From Octopus vulgaris (Eukaryota): 64,000 nucleotides of DNA. The notes beneath the pieces were generated by a model that was not told the DNA's origin, searched no databases, and saw only the letters and a program-made list of their open reading frames with translations. Each line of letters starts with the position of its first letter. Positions within the stretch are counted from its first letter, which is position 1. Positions 40,168-54,727 of this stretch are shown here, in pieces. The translations under genes and the position numbers were made by a program. The stretch is from positions 14,570,001 through 14,634,000 of the forward strand of contig OX597827.1 of assembly GCA_951406725.2 (NCBI GenBank), read 5' to 3'.

Positions 40168-40552
40168 GTATGTATATATACATATATACACACACATATA
40201 TATACATATATATATATACACACACACACATATATATATATACATACATACACATACATATATATACACACATATAGATATATATACATACATGATGGCT
40301 GTCCACTCATGATCAAGGAAAACCATTGCTGACCTTCAGGAACATTGTGTGCTCTAGGACTAACTTATATTTTGCATTTGCGGATCCATTGGTGGCTAAT
40401 AAGCCCTGCTCTCGACAAGCATACACAACTACAAGCATTGCAAACCAAGCTTTCTAATATATACGCAGTAGGCTTTTTTCACAATTTCTGCCGACCAAAT
40501 TCACCCTCAAGGCATTGGTCAACCCAGCGTTATAGTCCATAGTAATCCATAG

Positions 40553-40936
40553 TGGAGGCGCAATGGCCCAGTGGTTAGGGCAGCAGACTCGCGGTCGTAG
40601 GATCGCGGTTTCGATTCCCAGACCGGGCGTTGTGAGTGTTTATTGAGCGGAAACACCTAAAAGCTCCACGAGGCTCCGGCAGGGGATGGTGGTGATCCCT
40701 GCTGTACTCTTTCACCACAACTTTCTCTCACTCTTACTTCCTGTTTCTGTTGTACCTGTATTTCAAAGGGCCGGTCTTGTCACTCTCTGTGTCACGCTGA
40801 ATATCCCTGAGAACTACGTTAAGGGTGCACGTGTCTGTGGAGTGCTCAGCCACTTACACGTTAATTTCACGAGCAGGCTGTTCCGCTGATTCGGATCAAC
40901 CGGAACCCTCGTCGTCGTAACCGACGGAGTGCTTCC
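40553..40936 (+). mobile_element. SINE family C, full length, nested in a minus-strand family A copy
   Basis: tggcccagtggttagg A-box, gtttcgattccc B-box; 21 bp direct repeat atagtccatagtaatccatag at 40532-40552 and 40937-40957. Confidence 0.92.
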
Positions 40937-41376
40937 ATAGTCCATAGTAATCCATAGCAGAAGACACTTACCAAAGGTGCCATACAACGGGACTGAACCC
41001 AAGACCAAATAGTTGAAATGTAAGTCTAAAAATAATTCCAATACTTTCTCGCATCCTCCATTCTTTAAAGGTAGCTATCATTCCTATGCTGCAATATCTA
41101 TGGTAACCAGTGCAGCTATTCACAATGCTCACTACTATAACCCATGTATTAAACCTCCATCATTACCATATTATCAAGATACTTTTAGGTCAGGGTTCAT
41201 ATTTCTTACCTGAAACTTCAGCTAATACACCTGTCTGTTAATCTTTTTAAAATAAGCTTTTCTTCTTTCTTTCTTTTTTTTTTTGTTTCATCGGTATTAA
41301 GCTATCATTTCATTTTCATTCATCACCATTTTAATTATTTCCTCTATCAATCTATTGCATTCTGCATATATTTTTA

Positions 41377-41406
41377 TATTATTATCATTATTATTATTAG
41401 TATCAT

Positions 41407-41437
<31 letters not shown>

Positions 41438-41682
41438 GCTACTACTATTATTATTATCATTATTATTATTAGTATCATTACTACTACTACTACTACTACT
41501 GCTACTACTATTATTATTATCATTATTGTTGTTGTTGCTGTTTTTCTTGTTGATATTATTATTATTATTATTATTATTATTATCTCCACAACCATCATCC
41601 TCATCATCACCACCATCATCGTCATTATTATCACTACCACCACCACCACCACCACTACTTCCGTCATGATCATGATCATCAC

Positions 41683-41726
<44 letters not shown>

Positions 41727-41818
41727 ACATCTTCATCATCATTGTTGTTATTATCATTATTATTATTACTGTTGTTGTTGTTGTTGTTGTTGTTGTTATT
41801 GTTATCATTATCATTATT
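41377..41818. repeat. Compound trinucleotide microsatellite (ATT/ACT/CAT/GTT/CCA)
   Basis: Direct reading. Confidence 0.96.
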
Positions 41819-42606
41819 TACTTCCACTTAATTTTTCTTGTGTAGCAATTTCTGCATTACGTTGTCCATTCTATTGATTTCTCTTCTCTCTTGCCAAAAC
41901 TTCTGAGATGCTCACTTCAGAAAAAAAAGCAGAAAAAAAAAAAAAGGCAAAGAAAGGCTTATTGTAAATTCTTTAATCCATTTGCCTGTCATAACCCTAT
42001 AGGTATTTTGAATCCAGAACATGAAGAGATCTATCTCAATAAACAAAATATATTTGGTAGTTAGGTTTTGTTTTTTTATTTCTTTCTAGTTCTTTTTATA
42101 TTTCTTTTTATCTTCTCACCGTTTTTATTCTTTTATTTATTATTATCTTTTGGTTTTTGTTTTCCGTTAGAGGGCCTTCCGTTTTCTTTCCTTTTTCTGT
42201 TTTTTTCCTTTTATTTTATTTTATTTTATTTTATTTATTTATTTATTTGGTGTTTTGGAATGGTGGATGTTGTCCTTGTTTTGTTATCAGAAGTTTTTGT
42301 TTGTGTGTTTTGCTGCTGTTGTTTTTTTTCCCTTGGTTCTGTTATTTTTCCCCCCCTCCTCCGAAGTATTTCCTAAATATTTGACCATCTTAATTAAGGA
42401 TCCTAGTACCCGGGGACAGATTTTATTGATCTTGTGAGGTTTGATAAACAAGTAGATCTGAAGTACGTAGCTTGTGATGCTATCAATAACTAACCAAAAG
42501 CACTCTCAATAAAGTCTTCACTTAATGAGATAGTTTCTGAGGAGAGTAAGAAAAAAAAACAACAACATATATATATATGTATGTGTGTATATGTACACAC
42601 ACAGAC

Positions 42607-42637
<31 letters not shown>

Positions 42638-42827
42638 GATATATATATATGTGTGTGTGTGTATGTACATACATATATATATATATATAAATATACAAAC
42701 ATGCATATATATATATATATATACACATATATACATACTTACATGTACATGTGTATGTGTGTATATATATATATGCATACATAAACATTATCATACATAT
42801 ACACACACATGCGTGTGTATATATATG

Positions 42828-42863
<36 letters not shown>

Positions 42864-42940
42864 GCTTATATATATACACAAGCATACATAAATACATTCA
42901 TACATTTCTATATATATATGTGTGTGTGTATGTATATATA

Positions 42941-42989
<49 letters not shown>

Positions 42990-43711
42990 AATTGCTCTAT
43001 TGCAAAGTATAAGAGAAGGATATCCTTGCTCCAAAAACTAATCTGTCATTCACTTGTTTATGAGCTTGGCTGTTGGTTTCGGTTTTTGTTTTCGTTTTGT
43101 TTCATTTTCTCTCCTTCTCTTTTACTTCTGGTATTGTTTTTGTTATTGCAGTTAATTTATTTCTACTTTTTTCTTATTCTTTTTTTTTTTTTTTGCTTCT
43201 TTTGTTGTTTTGTTCTAGCTAATATCTACATTGTTTTCTCCACCGAGGAATTTTTTGCTATAAAAATAGTCAATTCTTTCAGGATTATATTAATAAGCAT
43301 AACCAGACGTTCGTTAGTAGATGGTATCAGGATCTGAACGTGGGTTAATAACTTCTTTCAGAATTGGAGGGCATGGACGGCAGGGTGGAATTGTTGGGGG
43401 GATAATATAAAATTAGAGAGCGAGATTATTGATTGCGGACAATGGTAAGATTAAATAATGTGAGGGAAAGATTCAGTGGTGTGAAGATAATATAATAAAA
43501 TATGGCTTAATGTGAAAAGCAGGAAAGAAAAGAAGAAAATAAAAAAGAAAAAGGGCCAGGAACATATTGGACGTGATAGCAGAATAGGGAACAGTAATTT
43601 GAATGGGTTTGGTTGGTCTTATTTTAAGCAAGGGTATAACATGATGATAAAAAAAAAAAGAAGAAAAGAAAAAAACTCTGATAAAGATAATCAGGACCGT
43701 CCATCTACTTG

Positions 43712-43880
43712 ATATCATCATTATCATCATTATCATCATACCCCATTACCACCCACCACTATCATCATCATCGCCGCCATCAACATCATCATCATCATCG
43801 CCGCCATCTCCATCAACCACATCATCATAATCATCGTCATCATCACCATCAGCATTGCTATCCTCCTTCTCCTCCTCTGC

Positions 43881-43912
<32 letters not shown>

Positions 43913-44205
43913 CACCACCATCATCAAAACCAGTTATAATATTCAAGGTGAAGATCATGATTATCATGCTTATCATCATCGTGGCAGCGACAGTGGTGGT
44001 GGTGGTGGTGGTGGTGGTGGTGGGTTATAGTGGCAGCAGCAATGGCAGTGGCGGCGGTGGTGGTGGTGGTGGTGGTGGTGGTGCTGGGTTATAGTGGCTG
44101 CTGCAATGGCAGTGGCGGCGGCGGCGGTGGTCGTGGTGGTGGCCACAGAGGCAAAGGTAGCTGCATGTGGAGCAAGCAGCAGCAGTAGCCACAGCAGCAG
44201 CAGAA
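43712..44205. repeat. Compound (CAT)n/(GGT)n/(GCA)n low-complexity tract
   Basis: Direct reading. Confidence 0.93.
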
Positions 44206-45148
44206 TGTGAACATTAACAATGGTGGCAATGATCAGTGATGATGAGGTAGGTAATGGTAATTATTATCATAATGTTTATTGAAAGCAATGAAAAGGGTAA
44301 GAGCCAGAAGAAGAACATCTACAATAAAAACATAACTGTACTCCAGTGTATCAGGAAAAACTATGAAATAATCTGCAGAATTCTTGATAGGATGTAGCTT
44401 AAAACATTTGTAATGTTTAATGTTGCAGAAACACTTTTGATATTTGTGATTTTTATTAGGGGGTTCACGAGCAATCAATACCATCAGAAGAGTGGTGCAA
44501 TGAAGCTTATGTGTAGTAATAGAAATAATGCAATCTCCTGAAACAATCAGAAAGGAATCTTACATGTAGACATAACATGTGTGTTATTTTATTTATTCAT
44601 TTATTTATTTATTTATCAAGGGATTAAAGGAAAGGAAAAGGATACTCATTTTATACTGAAAGCTGTACTTAATTCTGGGTAATATATTCTGACTTTTTGG
44701 ATGATTCACACTCTGCAGTAAATACACCTTAGCAAGATCCAATATAGAGATACATAAAATTATTCAGTTTGAGAGGTTTTGATAAAAAAAAAATAATAAA
44801 ATAAACAGAAAAAAAAATGAATGAAAAATCTATTTTGTTCATAAAATCTATGGATGATAACACTCTTAGCTTGCTTATTACATAGATCTCCATTAGATAC
44901 ATTATATTTTTATCGAGTATATTGTAGGTTCCAACCAGACATGAATCTGTGAGTACCAACACAGGATATATACTGAACATTACAATAATGTGATTACCAT
45001 ATTTTCCGGCAAATAAGGTGTGCTTTTTTTTTTGAAAAATTCCCCCCAAATGTTTCCCTGTGCCTTATATTCTGAAGCTCAGGCTTTGGGTAGACTTGGT
45101 TAGTGTTACTGATGACGATGGAAGTCAGTAGTGACATTTGGTTGTGTT

Positions 45149-45306
45149 AAGGCAGTGAGCTGGCAGTAAAATGCTTAGTGGCATTTCATCTGTCTTTAAT
45201 TTCCGAGTTCAAATACCACCAAGCTTGATTTTGCATTTCATTCTTTCAGGGTCGATAAAATAAGTATCAGTTGAACACTGGTCCCAATGTAATTGACTTT
45301 ATCCCT
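45149..45306 (+). mobile_element. SINE family B, older subfamily, truncated
   Basis: aggcagtgagctggcag...gagttcaaat...tttcagggtcgataaaataagta. Confidence 0.8.
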
Positions 45307-45513
45307 GGCTTTCTCCGTCCAGGTTGCGGATCCGTGGAATAAGCTGCCGGACGGTGAAGATGCCGACGACCGCTCGGTTCAAAGTCTTCCTTGACCACAA
45401 GTGGCCTGAACTCTTTACATGAACACCACCCTGTACATAACTCCATGTCCCCCTACATGGCCTTGCTTTTTGCTTTTTGAGCCAAAAATTAACTAACTAA
45501 CTAACTAACTAAC
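45307..45513 (+). mobile_element. CR1/L2-type LINE 3' fragment with (CTAA)n tail
   Basis: AFSVQVADPWNKLPD / VKMPTTARFKVFLDHKWPELFT* (one frameshift), matching the WN.LP...FK..LD C-terminal motif. Confidence 0.8.
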
Positions 45514-46104
45514 AATGTTTGAAAGAAACATTTGATAGTTAGTTAGTTAAGATAAGTATTGTAACTTAGCCTACCATAATTGATTACCAATTATCATTAG
45601 TCTAAATTTTCATGGTTCCTATACATGAAAATGTGTGAGACATTCAGCCTGAGGATCTAGGGTTAGCTGCAGTTTTTTCTCACTGATTAGGCCTGCCAAA
45701 ATTGGGGAGTGCCTTATATGTCCATATGTCTTATATACCCCAAAATGTGGTATTTGTTTTATAGAATAATATTGAAATGGTTTGATATATTTTGTTAATT
45801 AGCCAATCGTTCTGGGGTTTTTTTTTTCTAGATTACTCAAAGACAAATAGTACAGAATAAGATTAATGGGTATGGCTGTTTGAATGCTAACAATCTAATT
45901 TGGCTGACTGGATGTTCAATGTTTAGGTGACAGTACTTTTTGGCACTAGAGGCAAACACAGACACATGTGTGCAGGGCATAGAAATATACACATACATGT
46001 AGAGAGATTGAGAGATAAAGAGGGGGAGAGGGAGAGAAGAGACATTACTCATACAAATAAACATAACTAGATGCTCACACATATAAGCAAAGAGAGAGAG
46101 CAAA

Positions 46105-46145
<41 letters not shown>

Positions 46146-46214
46146 ATAAACATACAAATAATTAGATGCTCACATTGCCAGAGAGAAAATGTGTGAATGA
46201 GAGAACAAGAGAAA

Positions 46215-46408
46215 TATCGGTTTCAAATTTTGGCACAAGGCCAGCAAGTTCAAGTGGGGGGAGGTAAATTGTTTACTCTCCCCACTACTCAAAAATATGA
46301 AAGGCAAAGTTGACCTCAACAGTATTTGAACTCAGAACATTAAGACAGACTAAATGCTGCTTCTCGTTTTGACCAGTCCATTAAGGATTCTGATAGCTCA
46401 CTGCCTTC
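46215..46408 (-). mobile_element. SINE family B older subfamily with ccttgtgccaaaatttgaaacc tail
   Basis: Reverse complement of the 57802-58016 type. Confidence 0.75.
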
Positions 46409-46919
46409 AGAATCAGTGGAATATTAAACAAGAGAAATATTAAAATGAGTGAGACATTAAAACGTTTAATATCAAATAAGTTGGTGTCAATTTAGCATTG
46501 ACACCAAAACAGCTGTGCAAAAATTTTTTCAGCTCCTACATTGACATTCCATAATTAACGATTGGGAAAATAAATATCATGTTGAAGTATTCTTGGGAAT
46601 GATATTATCAGCAAAAAAAAAAATAATGGTTTGGAGGTGCTGCCTCAGCATTATCAAAGTACTATGATAGAGACTGCTTAAAAAATAAAAGGATCAAGAA
46701 TAGAGCTAGTATATTTTTCTAGTTTCCATATTGCTGAGCTAAACCAATGCAAGTTAAATCTCATCCTGGAGAGAATGCTAGTCTCTTTTACAGGTAATTT
46801 CTCAAGTAACATAAATTGAACTCAGAATTGTAATATTTGATCATTACACAAAGCTACAGTTAGCTAAGTTAGTGCTAGCATAGATACTTTAATGAGCAAA
46901 ACAAGCTTAATTAATCAAG

Positions 46920-47180
<261 letters not shown>

Positions 47181-47446
47181 AAAATTTGTTTTGGTCATTA
47201 AATTATTTAATTTATTGCATTTTCACAATAAATATTGATAATACTTTATATGTATTGATTTCTAACAATGGAACAAGCCTACACATTTTTAAGAAGTAGA
47301 GAATAGTCGATTAAATTGGAGCCAGTAATTGACTCAGAGGGTAACTTTATTTTATTAATTCCAGAAGAATGAAAGACAAAATTGATCTTCTTGTTCTTGG
47401 TAGTATTTGAACACAGGGACAATATATATTAATAATATTCCCTCAA

Positions 47447-47477
<31 letters not shown>

Positions 47478-47534
47478 CACACACACACACATATATATAT
47501 ACACAGGCACAGTATATATATATATATATATATA

Positions 47535-47835
47535 TGATCATGTGACCGACCAGACCATCAGATGTTGTTACACATCACTGGTCACAATGCATTTGCATTG
47601 TTTTAGCCTTCGAATGACGCCACCCCACTGCCTAAGCGAGCAGGCCAACAGAAGAAAGAGTGGGAGAAAGAGTGGTGAAAGAGTACAGCAGGGATCACCA
47701 CCCCCTGCTGGAGCCTCATGGAGCTTTTTAGGTGTTTTCGGTCAATAAACACTCATAACGCCCGGTCTGGGAAACGAAACCGCGATCCTACAGCCTCGAG
47801 ACCGCTGCCCTAATCACTGGGCCATTGCGCCTCCA
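47535..47835 (-). mobile_element. SINE with family C head and a different tail
   Basis: Matches family C up to ctctttcaccac, then diverges to ...acaacatctgatggtctggtcggtcacatgatc. Confidence 0.82.
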
Positions 47836-48185
47836 CATATATATATATATTATGTGTGTATGTGACTCTCGTGGTAAGAGACTCACGAGAGAGGTGAACT
47901 GCAGAAGGTTTTCTAGAAAGAAACCTGCTTCAGGCAAGTGTTTAGGCCCTTAACCTCTTATACTCCAAGTGGAGGAATCGCTGGGGGGAGTGGGGGATCT
48001 GCTTCCAGGTCTTGACTCCTGAATATCATTCCGCTAACATTTTCTAGTCTCTTGGATATTGGAGACTTGTGCATTTAAACGACATGGGGATTTGATCTAG
48101 CTGGGACATATCTCAGTTGTCTCTGCTTGCAAACTTACTAATCCTGAGCCTGTAATTTGAAGGTCTACCCTTTTGTCATATTGTG

Positions 48186-48581
48186 CTCTCTTTTACTCTT
48201 TTACTTGTTTCAGTCATTTGACTGCGGCCATGCTGGAGCACCGCCTTTAGTCGAGCAAATCGACCTCGGGACTTATTCTTTTGTAATCCCAGTACTTATT
48301 CTATCGGTCATATTTTGCCGAACTGCTAAGTGACGGGGACATAAACACACCAGCATCAGTTGTCAAGCAATGCTAGGGGGACAAACACAGACACACACAT
48401 ATACATACATATACATATATACGATGGGCTTCTTTCAGTTTCCGTCTACCAAATCCACTCACAAGGCATTGGTCGGCCCGGGGCTGTAGCAGAAGACACT
48501 TGCCCAAGATGCCACGCAGTGGGACTGAACCCGGAACCATGTGGTTGGTTAGCAAGCTACTTACCACACAGCCACTCCTGC
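48186..48581 (-). mobile_element. SINE family A
   Basis: Full-length reverse-complement match. Confidence 0.92.
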
Positions 48582-49022
48582 GTCAATGATCCAGCTTAAG
48601 AATCGCATTATGCACAGGTCTTAAGAATACCCAACTACATATGCATTAATTTCAAAAGTAGGAATATATATACACACACACACACACACACATACATACA
48701 TACACACACAACAGGATTCTTCCAGTTTCTGTCTATCAAATCTACTTCCAAGGCTTTGGCTGGCCTGGAACTATAGTAGAAGACACTTGCACAACTTACC
48801 AGGCAGTGGAACTGAACTCAGAACCATCTGGCTGGAAAGCAAACTTCTTACCACACAGCCATGCCAGTTTCTATAGGGTCGTTTTTTTTCCTTTTTTTTT
48901 TTATAATCACAAGTATATACCTGGCATTGATTACAAATATACATCTTAAGTATAAACCTTCTTTTCACTCTAACTTTTCCACAAGGGATATAAATATATA
49001 TATATATATAAAATAAAATAAA

Positions 49023-49275
49023 TGCGCCCTTTTTTAAAGCCTAGCTAGGCTCATGGGCCCGGTTTCCCGATTTCTATGGCGTATGTGTTCTCCCCAACTG
49101 GATGGGACACCAGTCCATCACAGCGTTACTCATTTTTGCCAGCTGAGTGGACTGGAGCAATGTGAAACGAAGTGCTTTGCTCAAGAACACAACGCATCGC
49201 CCGGTCCTGGAATCGAAACCACAATCTTACGATCATGATGCTGACACCCTAACCACTAAACCACGCACCTCCACA
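49023..49275 (-). mobile_element. SINE family D (V-domain-like core)
   Basis: tRNA-like head; gatggactggtgtcccatccag resembles the V-SINE central domain. Confidence 0.8.
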
Positions 49276-49288
49276 AATATATATAGTA

Positions 49289-49686
49289 CTAGCAGTATCG
49301 CCCGGCGTTGCTCGGGTTTGTAAGGGAAATAACTACATAAGCATTTTTAGAGATGTAAAGTATAATAGCCATCTCAATATGGCTAACCACAAAGGTGGTG
49401 GGTGTTACTGTAGCTTTTTACGTTCTGAGATTTAATAATAAATTTTTAGAGAGTTACTTCCCTTATATATGCCAAAAATGCATTAAAAATGGGAAAAATT
49501 GATGGTAAATTTTTTTTAAAATCATAGACTCATCGTAGACGCGCGCTAATACCCAGAAGGGCTCGATATGAATCACGACTATAAGATACCCGGTTTTGGT
49601 TAAACTGCACCGCAAAATGTGGGAGTAGTTAGGAATCTAAATCGTAGGAGACAGACAGCACACAACCTCACTTTTATATATAAAGA
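49289..49686 (-). mobile_element. Non-autonomous Helitron
   Basis: Minus strand A|TC start and CTAG|T end; subterminal hairpin cccg-agcaacgc-cggg. Confidence 0.88.
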
Positions 49687-50209
49687 TTACTAAATTTACT
49701 TAAGAAAATCAACTGGAAATATCCATGGAAAACTCTACCCATCTGCAACCCATTTATCTGTGAGCAGTTGTCCTGTTGGCAGAGAAGCTTCTCAATACTA
49801 TTTTACATTAATTATTCAAGAATTCATTGCTGTTGGCTTCGAAGCTGGACCCAGTTTCTAAAAGCAAGCACTCAGGGCGAAAGTAGTAACAGCAGTAGAA
49901 ACTTATTCATCAATTACGACTGAGGCAGCAGCGAGGTTGTATTATTTATTCAAGGACCAGTCACAATGCCATTTACCTTAGCTATTTCATTCTCACAAAC
50001 AAACATGCACCCACCTACACACATGCGTACACATGTACGTATATGTATGAGTGCATGTATGCATATGCATGCACATACAAACACACACACATATGCATGT
50101 ATATATACACACACACTCACATATATAAAGAGAGAGGGAGTGAGAGAGGTACAGGTATATGTATGCATATACATATATAGTGTATACAGACATATATAAA
50201 TACATATGT

Positions 50210-50685
<476 letters not shown>

Positions 50686-51078
50686 ATATAGATTTGTATA
50701 TATGTATATTTTGGTCACTTTGGGACAGAAACTTTTTGATAATAATAACCATTTGATAACATAATCCATGATTATGCACTGTTTATATTACATTAGTATG
50801 AGTGTATTAAATGTGTATTGCATATGTGTGTGTCTGCTTGTGCCTGTTTATTGAAGTATGAAAAGGAAACTATATCATTTCTTTAGTAAAGATGTTATGG
50901 ATATCTGAATCTCCTGAACCAATCATCAAAAGACTACAATGACCACAGTGTTGATGTAACCAAGTAGAAGCTGACATTGTTTCCCAAAATATAATCTTCT
51001 ATAAAGGAGGAAACACAGTGAACTACAAAATCTCTGTTAAATAACAATCAAAGCCCCTAATAAAAGGCCCTATACCAG

Positions 51079-51675
51079 CAGTGTCATCTTAAGGATATGG
51101 CCACATTGGGAACTTGCCCAAGGGCCTCGCAGGTTTAGGGGCCCAATTCTGACTCATGTATTCTGTGTCTTCTTGTCTTGTAATGGTATTCACCCAGGAG
51201 GGGTTAAGTCAACTCCTATTGAGCTCACTGCAGTTGTGAATTTGTAGGAGTTTCAAGGGATAATCAGAGTTTATGTAAACAGTTCCTGTTTGTATTCGCA
51301 AGCCACCATACACGTCCAGTGACAGGTCATCCTCATGTTATGCCTTCTCAGTGCAGGATGTATGCAAATTCAATCCAATGCCACCAGGAAGAATAAGTGA
51401 CCGAATTCCCGAACAGGCACTGGCTGGAATTCACCATTGCCCTCCAGTTAGCCAGGTTGTGACCCTAGCACCGCCAGTGTCCCACCTGTCTGCCTTGGGT
51501 GGCCCTACCAGGGACTCAAAGTCCCCAACAGCATAGCTGACACTCACTCATTTAGCCTTCCCACCACAATGAGGTCAAGGGTTGGACTGTGAGTCTTACT
51601 GTCAAATAAATAAATGATATAGGGGCCAGTGCATTGATTTGCCTGGTGTCCTGTAATGCTGCTCAGATGGCCCTG
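51079..51675. mobile_element. hAT-type MITE containing a probable RTE 5'-end fragment (~51400-51575, -)
   Basis: Imperfect TIR cagtgtcatct / agatggccctg; flanking 8-mers tataccag / tattcaag (6 of 8 match). Confidence 0.5.
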
Positions 51676-51788
51676 TATTCAAGATATCATCCTTAACTCT
51701 TTTGTTTCCATTTTTTGTTGAAATTCTTGGACTTTGTTTCAATTACTTTTGAAAATAAGGAAGAATTCAGTAAAATAACTATCATTAT

Positions 51789-52186
51789 AGGTGCAGGAGT
51801 GGCTGTGTGGTAAGTAGCTTGTTTACCAACCACATGGTTCCAGGTTCAGTCCCACTGCATGGCATCTTGGGCAAGTGTCTTCTGCTATAGCCTCGGGCCG
51901 ACCAAAGCCTTGTGAGTGGATTTGGTAGACGGAAACTGAAAGAAGCCCGTCGTATATATGTATATATATATGCATGTGTGTGTTTGTGTGCCTGTGTTTG
52001 TCCCCCTAGCATTGCTTGACAACCGATGCTGGTGTGTTTACGTCCCCGTTACTTAGCGGTTCGGCAAAAGAGACCGATAGAATAAGTACTGGGCTTACAA
52101 AACAATAAGTCCCGGGGTCAAGTTGCTCGATTAAAGGCGGTGCTCCAGCATGGCCGCAGTCAAATGACTGAAACAAGTAAAAGAGT
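51789..52186 (+). mobile_element. SINE family A
   Basis: Full-length match. Confidence 0.93.
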
Positions 52187-52258
52187 ATTATCATGCTGAA
52201 GTTTGGAACATAAATTAACATGAAAGTTTGATAGGTTTTAATTTAGATCCCCTTAAAA

Positions 52259-52477
52259 CCCTTTAGCATTTAAACTGGCCATATCCGGCCAAAATATTCT
52301 ACCTGTTTTATGTTCAGGCTGGCCAGATCTGACGTCTCGCACCAGCCTACAATATCTTTTAAAAAATTAAGAGTTTCCTCATCAAAATTTCAAAGCTACA
52401 AGATAATGCATGATTAATTCAAAACAGTGTGACTAAATAAGCTTTACGTTTGACCGAATAATGTGAATACTAAAAGG
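52259..52477. mobile_element. piggyBac-type MITE
   Basis: ccctttagcattt ... atactaaaagg|ttaa; homologous to 54241-54595 and 63544-63764. Confidence 0.78.
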
Positions 52478-52977
52478 TTAAAGTAGAAAATTTGCATCAT
52501 AGCACCAGGCGCTGGTTTAGGTGGATTAGTATCAAATAGGTTAAAGAAAGATACCAATGGGACAACAAAGCATCCTCTGTACTTATACTGAAACTGCTAG
52601 AATTAGCAGCCAAATCACCTTCATGTTACACCCTGTCTTTGTGAAAAAAAGCTCAATTTTTTGGCTTTGGTTTTGGTTTGGAGAAAAAGAGGCATGGCAA
52701 TGGCTTTTGCTGACCCTCTGAATCCAGTGAAGTAGAAAATGTTAGTGTTCCACTTGAATAGCAGAATAAGAATAACTGGATAATATAACCATAAATTTGA
52801 TAATGTAGTCTTAGATATACTTAGGAAGTTGCGGGGAAACTTTGTCATTAATCCCTGCAATCCATGCTGTTGTTTTTCCATTGAAAATGCAGTGATTCTG
52901 TTGTCTTTGTTGTTGCCAGTCTTAAATCAGTTCAGCCCTGTTTGGGCAAACCTTTGATCAAAAGTATCCAGCTTCTA

Positions 52978-53452
52978 TCATCATCATCATCATCCTCATT
53001 CTCATCACCGCCATCATCTTAGCATCCACTTTCCATGCTTGCATGTGTCACATGGAATTTGTTGAGGCAGATTATTTATGACTGGACGCTCTTCCTGTCA
53101 CTAGCCCTCAACTGTTTCCAAGAAAGGTAGTATATCCCCCTTACAAACATATTTTTCATGAGAGATTAAAAACGAAGGACACTGCTTGCTTGATGATGAC
53201 GTTTATTTACAGCCATATTGAGATATCAAGGCAAGGAGACAGTAACACACACATGTGCAAACACACGGACACACACATGCACGTTCCTACAGCTGTCTTT
53301 GTCTTTTCTTTGCCTGTAAATCCACTCACAAGGCATTGGTCGGCCTGGGGCTATAGCAGAAGACACTTGCCCAAGATGCCACGCAGTGGGACTGAACCCG
53401 GAACCATGTGGTTGGTTAGCAAGCTATTTACCACACAGCTACTCCTGCGCCT
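52978..53452 (-). mobile_element. SINE with family A head, alternative body and family E-like tail
   Basis: Head 53320-53452; tail catgcaagcatggaaagtggatgctaagatgatg. Confidence 0.7.
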
Positions 53453-53693
53453 ATGTCAAAATGAAAGATGAGATGGCCACAGATGGAATGCCTTTGATCA
53501 CAGTTTTGCTCAATCAATACAGTGCCAACTTAAGACTTAACAACCACAAAAGCAGCAAAATCACTATATGTTCTTGAATGAACTCTGATAGTTACAAATG
53601 GCAAAACGACAGCAAAGATTGCAGGGATTAAGGACTTCATCTCACAACTACCTACCATGGTATCTTGTTTTGTTCTGGTTTTATTCCATGCGT

Positions 53694-54171
53694 GGAGGCG
53701 CAATGGCCCAGTGGTTAGGGCAGCAGACTCGTGGTCATAGGATCGCGGTTTCGATTCCCAGACCGGGCGTTATGAGTGTTTATTGAACAAAAACACCTAA
53801 AGCTTCACGAGGATCCGGCAGGGGATGGTGGTGATCCCTGCTGTACTCTTTCACCACAACTTTCTCTCACTCTTACTTCCTGTTTCTGTTGTACCTGTAT
53901 TTCAAAGGGGCCAGCCTTGTCACTCTCTGTGTCATGCTGAATATCCCCGAGAACTACGTTAAGGGTGCACGTGTCTGTTGAGTGCTCAGCCACTTACACG
54001 TTAATTTCACGGCACTCTCTGTGTCACGCTGAATATCCCCGAGAACTACGTTAAGGGTACACGTGTCTGTGGAGTGCTCAGCCACTTACACGTTAATTTC
54101 ACGAGCAGGCTGTTCCGTTGATCGGATCAACCCTAACCCTCATCGTCGTAACCGATGGAGTGCTTCCATCC
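53694..54171 (+). mobile_element. SINE family C with internal 92 bp tandem duplication and 11 bp TSD
   Basis: attccatgcgt at 53683-53693 and 54172-54182; 53921-54011 repeated at 54013-54103. Confidence 0.92.
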
Positions 54172-54240
54172 ATTCCATGCGTTTTACATACATTTTTAGT
54201 GTATTAAACTTGTAGGACTTGGAAAGGGCTGACAAATAAA

Positions 54241-54595
54241 CCCTTTAGCATTTAAACTGGCTCAAATATATTATCTGTTTTATGTTCAAACTGGCCAAAT
54301 TTGGCTTCTCTCATCTTCCTTATAATGTCATTCTAAAAATATTCAACAACCTCATCTAAAATGTCTAACTCATGAGATAATGTATGATTAATTCAAAATA
54401 ATGTCCCCGTCACTTAGACCGATAGAATAAGTACTGGGCTTACAAAGAATAAGTCCCGGGGTCGATTTGCTCGACTAAAAGGCGGTGCTCCAGCATGGCC
54501 ACAGTCAAATGACTGAAACAAGAAAAAAAGTTAAAAAAGAAGTAATGTGAATGAATAAGCATTACATTTAACAAAATAATCTGAATACTAAAGGG
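54241..54595. mobile_element. piggyBac-type MITE with nested SINE A 3' fragment (54405-54542)
   Basis: ccctttag...ctaaaggg termini; taatgt direct repeat flanks the nested piece. Confidence 0.78.
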
Positions 54596-54727
54596 ATACC
54601 GAAGTACCAGTGGATTTGGATAAACTACCTTGTTAGTACTGATAAATGATACTGAAGCCATTATCCATAGAAAGCTGTGTGAAGTACTTGTTTTGAAGCC
54701 AAATAAATGACATAGCAATAAGTGACA

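Noticed and set aside
40553-40630. Functional tRNA gene (also 22315-22389 and 63382-63454)
   Set aside because: No proper acceptor stem or terminator; continues into SINE body.
41297-41827. Asn/Asp/Ser-rich 176 aa ORF
   Set aside because: Almost entirely triplet repeats, open in several frames, no unique coding anchor.
45490-45550. (CTAA)n / (TTAG)n telomere-like inverted repeat
   Set aside because: A 4-mer LINE tail, not TTAGGG; short and low complexity.
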